Source: Felis catus
Lineage: Eukaryota
Assembly (NCBI RefSeq): GCF_018350175.1
Contig: NC_058368.1
Span: forward strand, 112,098,001 to 112,162,000
Reading direction: 5' to 3'
DNA length: 64,000 nucleotides
The position numbers were made by a program, and so were the translations under genes. Below, in pieces: positions 12,516 to 24,272 of the stretch. Numbering within the stretch: position 1 is the stretch's first letter; every line of letters starts with the position of its first letter. The notes beneath the pieces are model-generated. The model did not search any database and had not been told where the DNA came from. It worked only from the letters and a program-made list of their open reading frames with translations.

Positions 12516-13747
12516 TTGAAAAATATAAAACAAAGACTGCTCTCTCATGCCAGGATCCTACCCTCACAGCCCCTGCTCCTATTGCAAAATGGGTTCTAAA
12601 TGATGAGGAGTGTGTGCCCGTGAAAGGTTGGAGGTCCTTGATTGGAAACACTCAGAGGCTTTTTATCCCGATCTGAGTGTGAGCATCTTGTTAGGAGGGT
12701 TTGACAATTGCCTGGTTGGTGGCCTTCTTCATGCCTAGCACGTCCAGCCAGAAACACCAGGCAGGGCCTGCCTAGAATTTCCAGTATTTCATCTTCCTGA
12801 ATGGCCCATCTCCTGTAGAAATGCTGCAGGTTTCCCTGGAGACAGTGGATACTCTTGGTTGAGTTTACCTTGGGTACTTGCTTTCCGGAAATATGAGCAC
12901 TTAACATCATCTTCACTGCCATTGCCTGATTGCCTTGCTTGGGCTTTGACCATCCTGAAACACACATCTTTGAAAGTGGTAGTGAACTTGAACTTGAAAA
13001 TTGTCCTAAGTTTGGTGCCAATGGGAAATCTCAGCCTGAGCGAGACTATTCTGCCTGGTCTTTTTTTTTTTTTCTTTCTTATTCTGCATGGTCTTGACTG
13101 CTCCTTGGGAATGCTGATTTTTCCACAGTGCCAGAAATGAGCAGAGAAAAATCTGTGTTGCCCCAGAAGATGCAAATTTTGGGAGATGGACGTCTGGTCT
13201 GGGAGGGTGTTGTCAAAGAAAGGTTGGCTGTTTGAAGCCAGCATTTGACGAATTACCATACTATTTTCAGATTGAAGATTTATCAAGAAACATGTATTGA
13301 GTATCTAAAATGCACTAGGTTTTCTCTTAAGCAATGCCACTGCAGGGAGCTGTGAGAACATTTCAGTCCTAGGGTAGAGAAAAAAGATCTGGCCTTGGAG
13401 TGAGGGTAGAATGGCTCAAAAACCTTTAGATTGGAATTGTGTTGACATGCAATTAAGTCAGCCCCAGGCCTGTGTCTGGACAGAGACCTGGTTGTTTACA
13501 CTGGTTCACACTCCACCAGGCTTACTTTTTCTTCCACATAAAATGTCCACGTTTTCAGAAGGGTGGTGGTCTGTGCTATAGGTCTGTCTTGACAAAACAG
13601 GGGAATGTGTTAGTTTGAGTTAAATTCAAAGTTAATGTGAGACTTTTAGAAATGATAATAATTTGCTAGGATCTGACTTTGTTTTTCAATTTTTCATTTA
13701 AAATATTTGAGAAGCATTTACCTGTAGACAAACCATATGTGATTTTT

Positions 13748-13771
13748 TTAAAGTTTATTTTTATTTATTTT

Positions 13772-13827
<56 letters not shown>

Positions 13828-14000
13828 GGGCGTTCAAGCAGGGGAGGGGCAGAGAGAGAGAGGGAGACAGAATCCCAAGCAGGCTCCATGCTGTCAGCAC
13901 AGAGCCCAGTGTGGGGCTCGAACTCATGAACCAGGAGATCATGACCTGAGCCGAAATTGAGAGTTGGACGCTTAACTGACTGAGCCACACAGGCAACCCC
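13748..14000 (-). mobile_element. Can-SINE with expanded (GA)n
   Basis: Reverse SINEC; TSD catatgtgattttt (13734) / catatatgattttt (14001). Confidence 0.95.
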
Positions 14001-14109
14001 CATATATGATTTTTAATCCTCTAAATAGACAGATGACACCACTGTCCATGTGCAGAGCACTGCAAGTTCACCAGTGGCCACCTGTGTTCCACGGCAGGTT
14101 CTTTGAGTA

Positions 14110-14235
14110 TCAGGGTGGTTTAACAGGTAAGAAGCCGAGGTTCAGGGAGAGAAGGCAAGTGGCTTGGCTGAGTCCCCTATCTAATGAGTGGCAGACACTG
14201 AGCCGGAAGCCAGCTCTTTTTGACTCCCAAACGCC
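14110..14235 (-). mobile_element. MIR fragment
   Basis: acaggtaagaagccgaggttcaggga...agtggcagac...tgactcccaa. Confidence 0.6.
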
Positions 14236-14989
14236 CAGAGTTCCCCTGTCTTCCCTGGTACACAGGTCATGCTCTCTCCCAGGATGAGTGAAACTCAACT
14301 GAAGTGCATGTTCAGCACTAGATGGATAAGGGAGTTCCTTGGAAAAATAGCATCACCCCCGAGGTGCCTTTGTTTCTGTGATCTCTGAACAAACTTCCCC
14401 AACCATAAAGGAGAGATTTTCCAGGCCTGGAGAGCTGCCTTTAATGTGTATTTGCTTTTTCTTTTATAGTTCAGAGGAACAATAAAATGGATGAAATTAC
14501 CACTGTGGCTCGTGAGAGAGTGAATTAGAATTCCTTGCTGGTGAAGCCCATAATTCTTTTCTGTTCTCCAGTGTTTCCTGCCTCCCACCCCGAAGTGGGA
14601 TCTCCCATGTGTCCTGCCTTGACACTCCCACACTTGGCCTAGACCCCAGGACCTCTAAGTGTCCACCGAGTCGGCTAGTCTGCTTGTCCTTTTCCTGCCC
14701 TCTGGCTGCCTTCACAGGTGCTACTTCTCAGAAGCTCAGGCTCTTAACATTCGCCATATTCACTGGTTTGGGTTAGGATATTCCCTAATGCCTTTCCTTC
14801 CCTTGTTTTCTTGTACTATAGCGCTTGACTTATCATTGGGGGAAAAAATGGATGTCTAAACTTAATTGTGGCCTACTTAATCATGTTCTAAATAGATCTA
14901 TAGATATAGCTGATCCCCCATCAAAGGGAGACCAACTTGTGTCTATGCATGTACCTGTCTGTATAGGCCCTGCTTCATCCATGCACCTA

Positions 14990-15150
14990 GCTGTCCTTCC
15001 ATCCATCATCCACCCATTCATGGATTTGGAGCACCTGCTCATGCAAGGCCATGTGTTAGGAGATAGAGCAGAAGAGTGATGAAGATAGCCTGATTCTCAC
15101 CTTTAGGAGGAAGACTCGCCCCCATCACACTACAGAATAAAACATGCTAT
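14990..15150 (-). mobile_element. L2 3' end
   Basis: catccatcatccacccattca...gagcacctgc...tgcaaggccatgtgttagg. Confidence 0.6.
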
Positions 15151-15409
15151 GACCACACAAGTGTAGGTTACACATTATGTTGGTTATTACCTTTGGGAGA
15201 GGAGTATACAAGCATCTTTGAGGGTGTATGTTTTCCTGTTTCTATATGAATTAAGTTAAACCCACTGGAAATTGTATTAGGTAATTGTATTAGTAGTTTC
15301 TTTAACTCAGGGTTTCTTACTGAATAGTGACTTGTTAGTTCCTAGAGGAAGCTCATCTTCTGACTTCAAAAAGGGCCCTTTTCTACATTAGTCATTATGT
15401 AAATCAGAG

Positions 15410-15905
15410 CAGGCTGACAGTGGAGAAGGTACATGGAATTGGTTTATTCACTGGATTGCAGTCGGGGGAGTCGAGTTCTCATCCCATTTCTGCCACTAAC
15501 TTCTGTGGGACCTTGGCCATTTCCTTACCTTACTATGCCTTTATCTTCGTTTTTATTTTTTTTAACTTTATTAATTTTTATTTTTTTAGCCTTTATTTAT
15601 TTTTGAGAGACAGAGAAACAGAGCATGAGTGGGGGAGGGGCAAACAGAGAGGGGAGACACAGAATCTGATGCAGGCTCCAGGCTCTGAGCAGTCAGTACA
15701 GAGTCCGATGCGGGGTTTGAAACCATGGACCTTGAGATCATGACCCGAGCCAAAGTCAGATGCCCACAAACTGAGCCACCCAGGCAGGCCCTCCCTTTTT
15801 AAAAATCTCTTTGTTTTTAATAGGGAGATTATACTTGTTTTTATAGTTCACAAGAGTGTTATATGGATGTGAAAATGCTTGGGAATAGTTTTATAAATGC
15901 CAGGC
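15410..15905 (+). mobile_element. MIR split by a Can-SINE
   Basis: gagttctcatcccatttctgccactaacttctgtgggaccttggcca before the SINE; ttcacaagagtgtt...gtgaaaatgcttgg after it. Confidence 0.6.
15550..15791 (-). mobile_element. Can-SINE (SINEC_Fc-like)
   Basis: T-rich tail, gagagacagag...caggctccaggctctgagc...ctgagccacccaggc. Confidence 0.95.
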
Positions 15906-16001
15906 AGTGGAGGATGTGCAGCTGAGGGGGTCTTTTGGAAGATGGGCCAAGCTCAGATATGTGTTCAGGGCCGTTAAGAATAGCAGACTTGTTGCCATAG
16001 T

Positions 16002-16128
16002 TAGGGTGAAATACGCCAGGTTTGCCTGGGGCATTCCTGGTTCTTGTCTGAAATCCTGGCATAAGTATTAAGGGTACTCTTTTTATTTTTAGGGCTGTTT
16101 TGGTTTGGAAGCTCTTATGGTCTCTTTA
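16002..16128. mobile_element. MER94-like hAT-Blackjack MITE
   Basis: tagggtgaaatacgccaggtttgcctgggg start and tatggtctcttta end resemble agggtgacca terminal inverted repeats. Confidence 0.65.
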
Positions 16129-17084
16129 TAGAGGATGTAAGTCAGCAGAACACTAACGCCTGCCTCAGTAGCGAAGTTCTGTTGTTCATCTAATGGTGGT
16201 GGTCAGAGCCTGACCGGGACTGAACATGAAGATCAAATGTTTGATTCAAGTCACAGGGGAGCCAGCTGGTGTCTAGGGCCCTTTTCTCACCACGCAGGAG
16301 AATTCTGCAATTGGCCTGGAATGTCTGCACTTGGGCCAGCTCGTGAGGTGGTTCCCAGAGAGCCCAGCCCATTTGAGGAAGAGCAGATTTCCACGTGGGG
16401 CCACATGCCCCTTCTCCCCGCTCTGGCCTTGGCTGTGCAGCTACAGGGCACGGGCCGAAACACGCAGGCTTGTGATGACCAGAGGTGCAGTACATGAGGG
16501 GGTCGCTCCATGGTAGGCAGAAAACTGAGCGATGGAAATGATTGGTGGGAGGTGGACGGTGTCCTGTCCTCCTTCCCCCAGGCTGGCCAGGCAAGTGTGA
16601 GCGGAAATTACTGGGTTCTTTCTGGTGCCCCAAATCTCTGACGGCTGTCAAATGTGAAGAGGACAGTTTGTGTCCCTTGAGGGACTAGCTGCTTCCTAGG
16701 GTGGCCTGGGACACATCCTTAGATCCTAATTGGAGGAAGGAGTGTGAGGGGTTTCGGGCCCTTATCTGTGGACATCTGTAGAGTTAGGGTCCAACTTGAA
16801 AACGAGGACTGGCATTTTGGAAGCTGAGATTCAATCAGTGCAACTTGGCATTTTCTAGAGAGGGAAGAGGCATGGGTCTTGAATCACAATGTGTGGGTTG
16901 TAATTTTGGCTCCATTCACCACTGACCCACTCACTATGTGGCTTCAGACAAGTTGTGCTTTCTCCCCAAACCTGTTTTTCCATCAGTAAATTGGGGTTCA
17001 TTCTTATCCCCACGATCTCATACTGCCTCATCTATCCCTCACTCAGGAAATAAAGGGGCTTTGTAGAGTCAGGACACCTATTTT

Positions 17085-17430
17085 CTTACCCAGTATGCAC
17101 AGAGCACCTGTCATGGGCAGTGTGTGGTGGGCACAGGAAAATAACAGTGATCGAGACAGTCATGGCCTTGGCACTCATGGAGGTGCTGTTTCATGGGAAG
17201 AGACACATAGTGAACCAGCAAATGGCAGAGAAAGTAGCTGGAGACCCTGTAAAATGTATGAAGAAAACATACAGGATTCTGAGAGAAGAATACACCTGGG
17301 TGGGGGAAGCAGGTATTTCATAGATGAGGTGACCTAAGAAGACACATGGCTGAGGGTGACCTTCAAGATGAGACCCGAGCATGAGGAATCTGCTCTGCAG
17401 ATTCGCAGAAACGTGTTCCTGGCAGAGGGA
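17085..17430 (-). mobile_element. L2 fragment
   Basis: agagcacctg...ggccttggcactcatgga...gtgaccttcaagatgagacc...tgttcctggcagaggga. Confidence 0.7.
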
Positions 17431-17544
17431 CACGTGGCGAGTCCCCTGTCCATTCCTGCACGTGGTTTACAGATGATCTTTCCTTATAAGGATCATGGGA
17501 GGGGGTCTGAGCCCATTGGGTTAAGGCTTAACCCCATTTCCAAG

Positions 17545-17845
17545 ATATATTATTAGAAAAAGCAAGGTGCAGAACAAGGTGTCTGAGTATCATCTGTTTA
17601 AAAGGGATGTGTGCTTACACATGTGTGTTTAGACATGTACTTACTCATGTGTGCGTATACATTTGCAGAAATCTCTAGAAAGGTACCCTAAAAATTGGTG
17701 GTTGTGCCTGAGAAGGGAACCTGGAGGACTGAGGGTAAAAGGGAGACTCATTTGTAACTGCATATCTACTTGTACTGTTTATTTATTATTTTTTTTAGCC
17801 ACATGCATATATTACTTTTCCAATGCAAAAATCCAGTTGTTTAAA
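17545..17845 (+). mobile_element. Old L1 (L1ME-like) 3' end fragment
   Basis: ttccaagatatattattagaaaaagcaaggtgcagaac...tttttagccacatgcatatattacttttc. Confidence 0.65.
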
Positions 17846-18513
17846 AATACGTGTGCTTACTTAAAGGAAATGTTTGTAGGCCATTTGGCAACAAAAGTAA
17901 GACTGGTATACAAGTAGGGATATGTGGAGTCTTCCAGGGGCCCGGAAAACAACCAGGTTTGGGACCGAGGGTGGGCCTGGGCCAGCTCTAGCCTGGAGAG
18001 CCCTGGAGAGGGGCGTGACCGACCCTGGGCATCCATTCCCACAGGCTCACACCTAGTTCCGTGGTCTTTTTTCTCACTGCAGGTGACAGGGGTGCCCGTT
18101 TCCCCTCTCTGACTCTCCTGAGTGTGTTTCCTTGAACCTGAAAATTGCAACCCCAACCCTCACACATGCGTTCTTACTGTAATCATTCACGGGCACGTTC
18201 AGTTCTCTTACAGGATTATGTACCCCCAGAGTTGTTAGCATACATAGAACCTCATGCCGCGTCATTACTTCAGGAAGCGTGGAAGATAAATATAACAAGA
18301 TTCACTTGCCCCTGTAGATTATTTATCATTCCTCCTTCATGCTCTTTTTAAAGTGGGAAGTCCACTGATAACAATTTTCATCATGGATGAGGATGAAATC
18401 TTCCAGTAACTTTATAGAAAGCCCCCTGAATGATTGTTAGAATGAGGTGTTTAAATTAATTTAATTTTCTGTTTTACTGTGTGCTTTCCTCCTGTTTTGT
18501 AATTGAAGTTCTT

Positions 18514-18735
18514 TTTTTTTTAATTTTTTTTTCAACGTTTATTTATTTTTGGGACAGAGAGAGACAGAGCATGAACGGGGGAGGGGCAGAGAGAGAGGGA
18601 GACACAGAATCGGAAATAGGCTGCAGGCTCTGAGCCATCAGCCCAGAGCCCGACGCGGGGCTCGAACGCCCGGACCGCGAGATCGTGACCTGGCTGAAGT
18701 CGGACGCTTAACCGACTGCGCCACCCAGGCGCCCC
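18514..18735 (-). mobile_element. Young Can-SINE (SINEC_Fc)
   Basis: CpG-rich; perfect 16-bp TSD tgtaattgaagttctt (18498-18513 / 18737-18752). Confidence 0.97.
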
Positions 18736-19290
18736 ATGTAATTGAAGTTCTTAAAGCATGCTTATATTTACTTCCTTACCTGTGGGGGCAATAAATGCTT
18801 CAGCTACCTGGAATCCTCTCTCCCCCAGAACAGAGCTGACAACCACTGAATACAGGGAGAAGTTTAATCACTGTCAAAACGGCTCAAGGTTTCTTTGTGA
18901 TAATACTCACTCTTACTCATAAAGGCACTGCTTTCTCAGAGCTTGTTCTCATTTTGTATATAACTTTAAGAAGTAGAGTTTTCTAATTTAGACATCTACA
19001 AAACCTTAGGGTAAAGGGGAATAGAGACACATGCCTTGACCTCAGCAGGAAATGACAACTTAATGGCACAGAAAAGAAACATAAAAAGCAGAGCCCTGAT
19101 TTCAAGAAATCTAGTGTCAGGAATGTATTCATACAGAGACAAGAAAGTTCTATGTGCCCCCACACATTATAGTAGTGGATACGCAGGCAATGATTCTGAA
19201 TCTTCGAGGAAGGCTGTGTTCTGAATCTTTTGTTTAAAGAAGACAGAAGTGAGTAAATTTTAGAAAAATTTTATCAGAAATAATTCACAT

Positions 19291-19514
19291 CAAAAATATT
19301 TTTCAAATATGTGTTTATTTTTGAGAGCGAGAGAAAAAAAGCATGAATGGGGGAGGGGCAGAGAGAGAGAGGGGGAGGGAGAGAGAGAGAATCCCAAGCA
19401 GTCTCCACACCCAGCATGGAACACTATGCAGGGCTCAATCTCACGGCTGCAAGATCATGACCTGAGCTGATACCAAGAGTTGGCACTTAACTGACTGAGC
19501 CACCCAGGTGCCCC
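19291..19514 (-). mobile_element. Older Can-SINE
   Basis: Reverse SINEC; TSD agaaataattcacat / agaaataattaacat. Confidence 0.93.
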
Positions 19515-19544
19515 AGAAATAATTAACATTTAAAAATTCTGTGA

Positions 19545-19766
19545 GGGCACCTAGGCGGCTCAGTCAGCTAAGTGTCCGACTTCAGCTCAGGTCATGATTT
19601 CATGGTCCGTGAGTTCGAGCCCCATGTCAGGCTTTGTGCTGACAGCTCAGAGCCTGGAGCCTGCTTTGGATTTTGTGTCTCCCTCTCTCTGTCTCCCCTC
19701 CCTGCCCCCAGCTCACGTTCTGTCTGTCTCTCTCTCTCTCAAAAATAAATAAACATGAAAAAAAAA
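19545..19766 (+). mobile_element. Can-SINE (SINEC_Fc-like)
   Basis: gggcacctaggcggctcagtc head, CT repeat, aataaa plus A tail. Confidence 0.95.
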
Positions 19767-19851
19767 TGCTACGGTACAAAGAATGTTTCTTTAACAGGAT
19801 AAGGAATATTTGTCTAAACCAATATCCACCTTTGTAGAAAATAGGAAAACA

Positions 19852-20055
19852 GGGGCGCCTGGGTGACTCTGTCGGTTAAGTGTCCGACTTTGGCTCAGGT
19901 CATGATCTCGTGCTCTGTGAGTTCGAGCCCTACATCTGAGCTGACAGCTCAGAGCCTGGAGCCTGTTGCAGATTGTGTCTCCCTCTCTCTCTGACCCTTC
20001 CCCATTCATGCTCTGTCTCTCCCTGTCTCAAAAATTAAAAAACATTAAAAAAGAA
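19852..20055 (+). mobile_element. Can-SINE (SINEC_Fc-like)
   Basis: Perfect 16-bp TSD agaaaataggaaaaca (19836-19851 / 20056-20071). Confidence 0.97.
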
Positions 20056-20509
20056 AGAAAATAGGAAAACAAAAGACATTCCCATTAAAATCAGCAATAT
20101 AGTAAGAATGATCCCTCCCGCCTGAGATTTAATATCACTCTATGCAAGAAGTCATGGAACTAGAAAACAAGAGGTATAGCTATTGAAAAGAAGAAACAAT
20201 GTGACCATTATTTTAAAACTGTAAAATTACCTTCTAAGAAAATTTAAGAGCACTGATAGAAGTATTATTAACATTAATAAGAGTTCAATTAGGTGGCCAG
20301 GCTACATAAATACTTTATATGCTATAACTTGCCCAAGTATTAACAATAGCTAGCTGGAAAAGTATGCAATACAAAAGATCTTATTTTAGTTATTTAAGCA
20401 TATAAAATACCTAGAGATGAGTAAGAAATATATTGAACTTAGAGTAATTAAAAATGAATCACTGGAAAAGTGTACCATGTTCATGAACTTGGTACTTTTG
20501 AGGTATGTG

Positions 20510-20872
20510 AGACAATGCTTCTTGAAAACGAGGTGGAACAATGTTACAGTTAAATTACTCTGATCCAAGTGTCAGCTTTACTACTTACTGAATGTGTAAT
20601 TCTGGTCAAATTACTAAATACTTCTGGGCCCAAGTTTTCTCATCAATAATAATAATTGCCTCATAACATTGTTGTGAGTTATTATGTGGCAAGAGTAGGG
20701 CACTGCCTGCTACATAGCAATGGTTCATTAAATATGAGCTAGGGGCGTCTGGGTGGCTTAGTCAGTTGAGCATCCAACTTCAGCTCAGGTCATGATCCCA
20801 CTGTTCTCGAGTTGGAGCCCCACATCAGGTTTGTGCTTACAGCTCAGAGCCTGGAGCCTGTTTCGGATTCAG

Positions 20873-20936
<64 letters not shown>

Positions 20937-20990
20937 CCTCCCCCACTCGTAACTCTATCTCTAAAAAAATAAATAAATATGAGCTATTAG
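20510..20990 (+). mobile_element. MIR whose 3' end is split by a Can-SINE
   Basis: tactacttactgaatgtgtaattctggtcaaattac...ttctcatc...gttgtgag...taaatatgagctatt. Confidence 0.7.
20742..20973 (+). mobile_element. Can-SINE with long (TC)n
   Basis: Perfect 13-bp TSD taaatatgagcta (20729-20741 / 20974-20986). Confidence 0.97.
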
Positions 20991-22076
20991 TTTTATACTA
21001 GTTCCCCTAAATTAAGTTTTTAGTTTGTGGGAATATCAAAAATCTAAAAGATATAGACCCAAGTGGATATAAGAATGTAATTTATCATTCAGCATTTCAC
21101 AGCAATTGGTAAGGAAGGGTTATTCAATAACTAAGCTGAGGCAATTCACCCATTACCAAAAAAAGTTAGCCTCTCACTCTGTACCAGTGTTCTTCAGAGT
21201 GTGGCCACAGCCATCAGAATTCCTTGGAGCACTCTTAAAATGCAGATATTTAAGCTTTAGGCTATACTTCATATTAAAATGTGGGAACTGCTGTCACAAC
21301 CCACACATCAAAATACATTCCAGATGAATTACTGGGATAAATGTCAATGTTGTCATCTAAAGCCAGAAGACAGAATGAGGAAATATTTACATTGTCCTCC
21401 GTATTTTCAATGTAAGATCTTTTACAGTTTGGTAAGAAAAATATGAATACGTAAGAGTAAAAAGGGCAAACGACGTGAATAACCAAACCACAAAAGAAGA
21501 AAAGGCCAAATAAGCCTATGGAAAAATGCCAGACTTCACTAACACTCAAAAGATGCACATTAACACAACATAGCATTTCTCATATTTCAGGAGGGAAAGT
21601 ACTTTAAAACTGACAAGATCCAGTGATGGTAAGGATACAGTGAAACGGGTATTTTGACATTCAGGTGAGGGTGGGAATACTAAACCAGCTTTCTGAAATA
21701 CCTTGTATGGAAAGCCTGAAAAATATCTATCCCTGGGGGCCAAGCTATTCATCTGCTATGAATTCACCTTGGGGAAGAATCAGAGATTCATATACAGACT
21801 TAGATATGCAGGTATTTGTCGTGGCATTATTTTAATAGAAAAAGATTGGAAACAGCTGACACGTCCAACAATATGGTAATAGTTAACTAAATTATGGCCC
21901 ATCCATAAGATGAATACTCTGTGGTCATTAGGAATCATGTTTTTGAAGAATCCTGTCATTAAATTACCTGAGAAAATGCTTACTATGTAGCAAATGAAAA
22001 CTCCAGGATATAAGCTATATGTAGCATGATTTCTTTTTTTCTTTTTTTCTTTTTTTATTAAAAATAATCACTAACA

Positions 22077-22300
22077 GGGATGCCTTGAGTGGCTCAGTCT
22101 GTTGAGCGTCTGACTTCAGCTCAGGTCATGATCTCAGTGTGGATGAGTTCGAGCCCCACATCAGGCCCTGTGCTGACAGCTCAGAGCCTGGAGTCTGCTT
22201 TAGATTCTGTGTGTCTCTCTCTCTCTCTCTGCCCCTCCTCCACTCACACTCTGTCTCTCTCTGTCTCAGGAATAAATGAACATTAAAAAAAATTTTTTTT
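22077..22300 (+). mobile_element. Can-SINE (SINEC_Fc-like)
   Basis: gggatgccttgagtggctcagtc head; flanking ataatcac duplication. Confidence 0.95.
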
Positions 22301-23189
22301 TAAAAGATAATCACACACATAGATAAAAGATGGAGAGAAGGAAAGAAAACATACCAACATTTTAACGGTCCTTGTGTCTGGGTGGTTGGATTTGAGCAAT
22401 TTTTCTGTTTCTTATACTTTTCAGATTTTCAAAGTTTTGTGCAATGCACATGTATTTGTAAATGAGAAAAATATTAGTTGAAACATCATAAAACAGATGA
22501 GACTGGCTGAGAGACTTTGAACATGAGTCGTATTTTAAAAAGGTAATGGTACAAAGACTCTGGTCCTGCGTTCAGGAATGAATCAGTGAAGCAGAATGGA
22601 TCCATCAGAATCCGGTGGTTTGGGAGGGGCCGTGCGGCGTGTGGGTGGACAGGCAGGCTGAGGGCAGAGTGTGTGGGGCCTTGCAGGTGGCACAGCTGCT
22701 CAGAGAGGCTGGACCCCCTCTGAGTAACCCCCATCCTGCAGACTACCCCGAGCGGGCACCAATGAGGCCTGCACCCCCGAGGACTCACTGCAGCACATCA
22801 GTGCGTCTAAACATGTCACTTGGGCAAAGGCAGATGGCGTACGGCCATTTCCCCTTTGGCCTCTGCTCCTTTGAAAGGAGAGGATCTCTGGTATAAAGAG
22901 TTTGCTTTTGGAAAACCCCCAGGTTGCCAATTCAGTTCTCTGGCTAAGCTTTCTCTCCTCTTACTCTAGCACCCAGCCTAGCCCCAGGACCTTGGCTGCT
23001 TGCTGGCCCAAAACCACGGACGGGGATTCTGAAGACCAGCATTTTCTCATTGGTATGGCGCTCAGGGCCTGGAAAGGTGCAGTGTCTGATGGCTACCCCA
23101 AAATGGATGAGAGTGTCACCTGAGAACACCAGAGGCCGGGAAGGTTGGTCTCAGGTAGGTTTGGACAAACAGCAGAAGGCTCATGACTG

Positions 23190-23420
23190 AAGCCCTTTAC
23201 ACTGGGTGTGGACTCTTGCCTTGGGAACTCAAAATAGTAGCTGCCTGACCTTGGGCTTATCCCTTCACTTCAGTGGTAGACCTCAGGCCCCCCTTTATGA
23301 ATGAGTTCCCCATTGGTAATAAGTGCCCTGAGGGCCATGTGAGGCTTAAGTAAGCAAATGTATGCAAAGCGTTTACCTCAACCCGACACAGAGGGAGGTG
23401 CTCAGTAAATCACAGTTACA
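23190..23420 (+). mobile_element. MIR fragment
   Basis: tagctgcctgaccttgggc...atgtgaggcttaagt...aggtgctcagtaaat. Confidence 0.6.
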
Positions 23421-24039
23421 ATGATTGATTTCAGCCTTTCTCTTTTCCCCAGCTATGCGGCAGGTGGTCTGTGGTGCCAGGTGCATTTTATCAGCTGATA
23501 AATGATATCAGCTGGCACCTGTGCAGCCAGACTCCAGGGGCTGCAGGTTGTCATTATTATTACTGATGCTGCTCTTGCTGCGGCCTCTGTCTGGGCACCG
23601 GGTGAGGAGGTGACAAGGCTCTCCAACCCCCACCTTCAGTGGGGCCCGCAGCTCTTAGGTCTTTATGACAACAGGCTTCCCCCTGGCTCCCTTGTCTGCT
23701 TGAGCTGCTCAGGGATGGAAAGCAAGTGGGTGGGAGCCTGAGTGGGTGTGGTTATTCCCTGAAATGAGCGCAAAGCCTGGCTTTGCCTTCTGTCTTCCCC
23801 CCTTTCACTGTTTTGCAAACTCTGTTCATAGTAACCTCCTTAACTGGGCCCTTGGGAGCTGCTGAGCAGGGTCACTGAGTCACCCGAGAGCCCAGAAGCC
23901 AGGCACTGAAACCACTGTGCCCCGTCCCTGATCAAGGGCAGCAGAAGTGTTGACATTTCTGTCCACAGCGTCCAAAGGCAGGCGCAGCAAACAGGGCCCA
24001 CCTCCGAGTGGGCCATGCTTGACCTGAGTGGGAGACAAA

Positions 24040-24272
24040 AAGGTTTTATTTTGTGCGCAGACTTTTGGAAATGTTAGTCGTTTTGTGTTTGGTTTACTGG
24101 ATATTAGGAAAACAATAAAATGCCTGCACTGAATGAGAAAAGCCAAGTTTAAATCAAAGAGAGTCATTTTAATGTTAAGATGAAGAAAAATATAAAGTTA
24201 ATAACATAGATGGTAAATGGATGATGGCAGAAGTTGTGGCCATGGTGTGGATGAGCGTTTGAGAAATGCTCT
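24040..24272 (-). mobile_element. hAT-Charlie MITE (MER113-like)
   Basis: AT-rich body ending gatggtaaatggatgatggcagaagttgtg...gtttgagaaatgct. Confidence 0.5.

Larger units (their letters stand above)
19770..22470 (+). mobile_element. Old L1 (L1ME-like) ORF2 to 3' end, interrupted by SINEs, MIR and a MER5 fragment
   Basis: Degenerate ORF2 motifs (cattcccattaaaatcag; aaggaagggttattcaataa; atggaaaaatgccagacttcact; attggaaacagctga...) and an L1ME-like 3' UTR. Confidence 0.75.

Noticed and set aside
15250..15295. MADE2-like end with tandem aattgtattag duplication
   Set aside because: Too short and degenerate to call
17422..17431. Perfect CArG box ccttataagg (and MEF2-like ctataaatag at 11638-11647)
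   Set aside because: Isolated 10-mers expected by chance in 64 kb, with no supporting cluster
18498..20986. Short direct repeats separated by about 200-bp intervals as a CRISPR-like array
   Set aside because: Each pair is a distinct TSD around a SINE; there is no shared repeat unit and no cas genes
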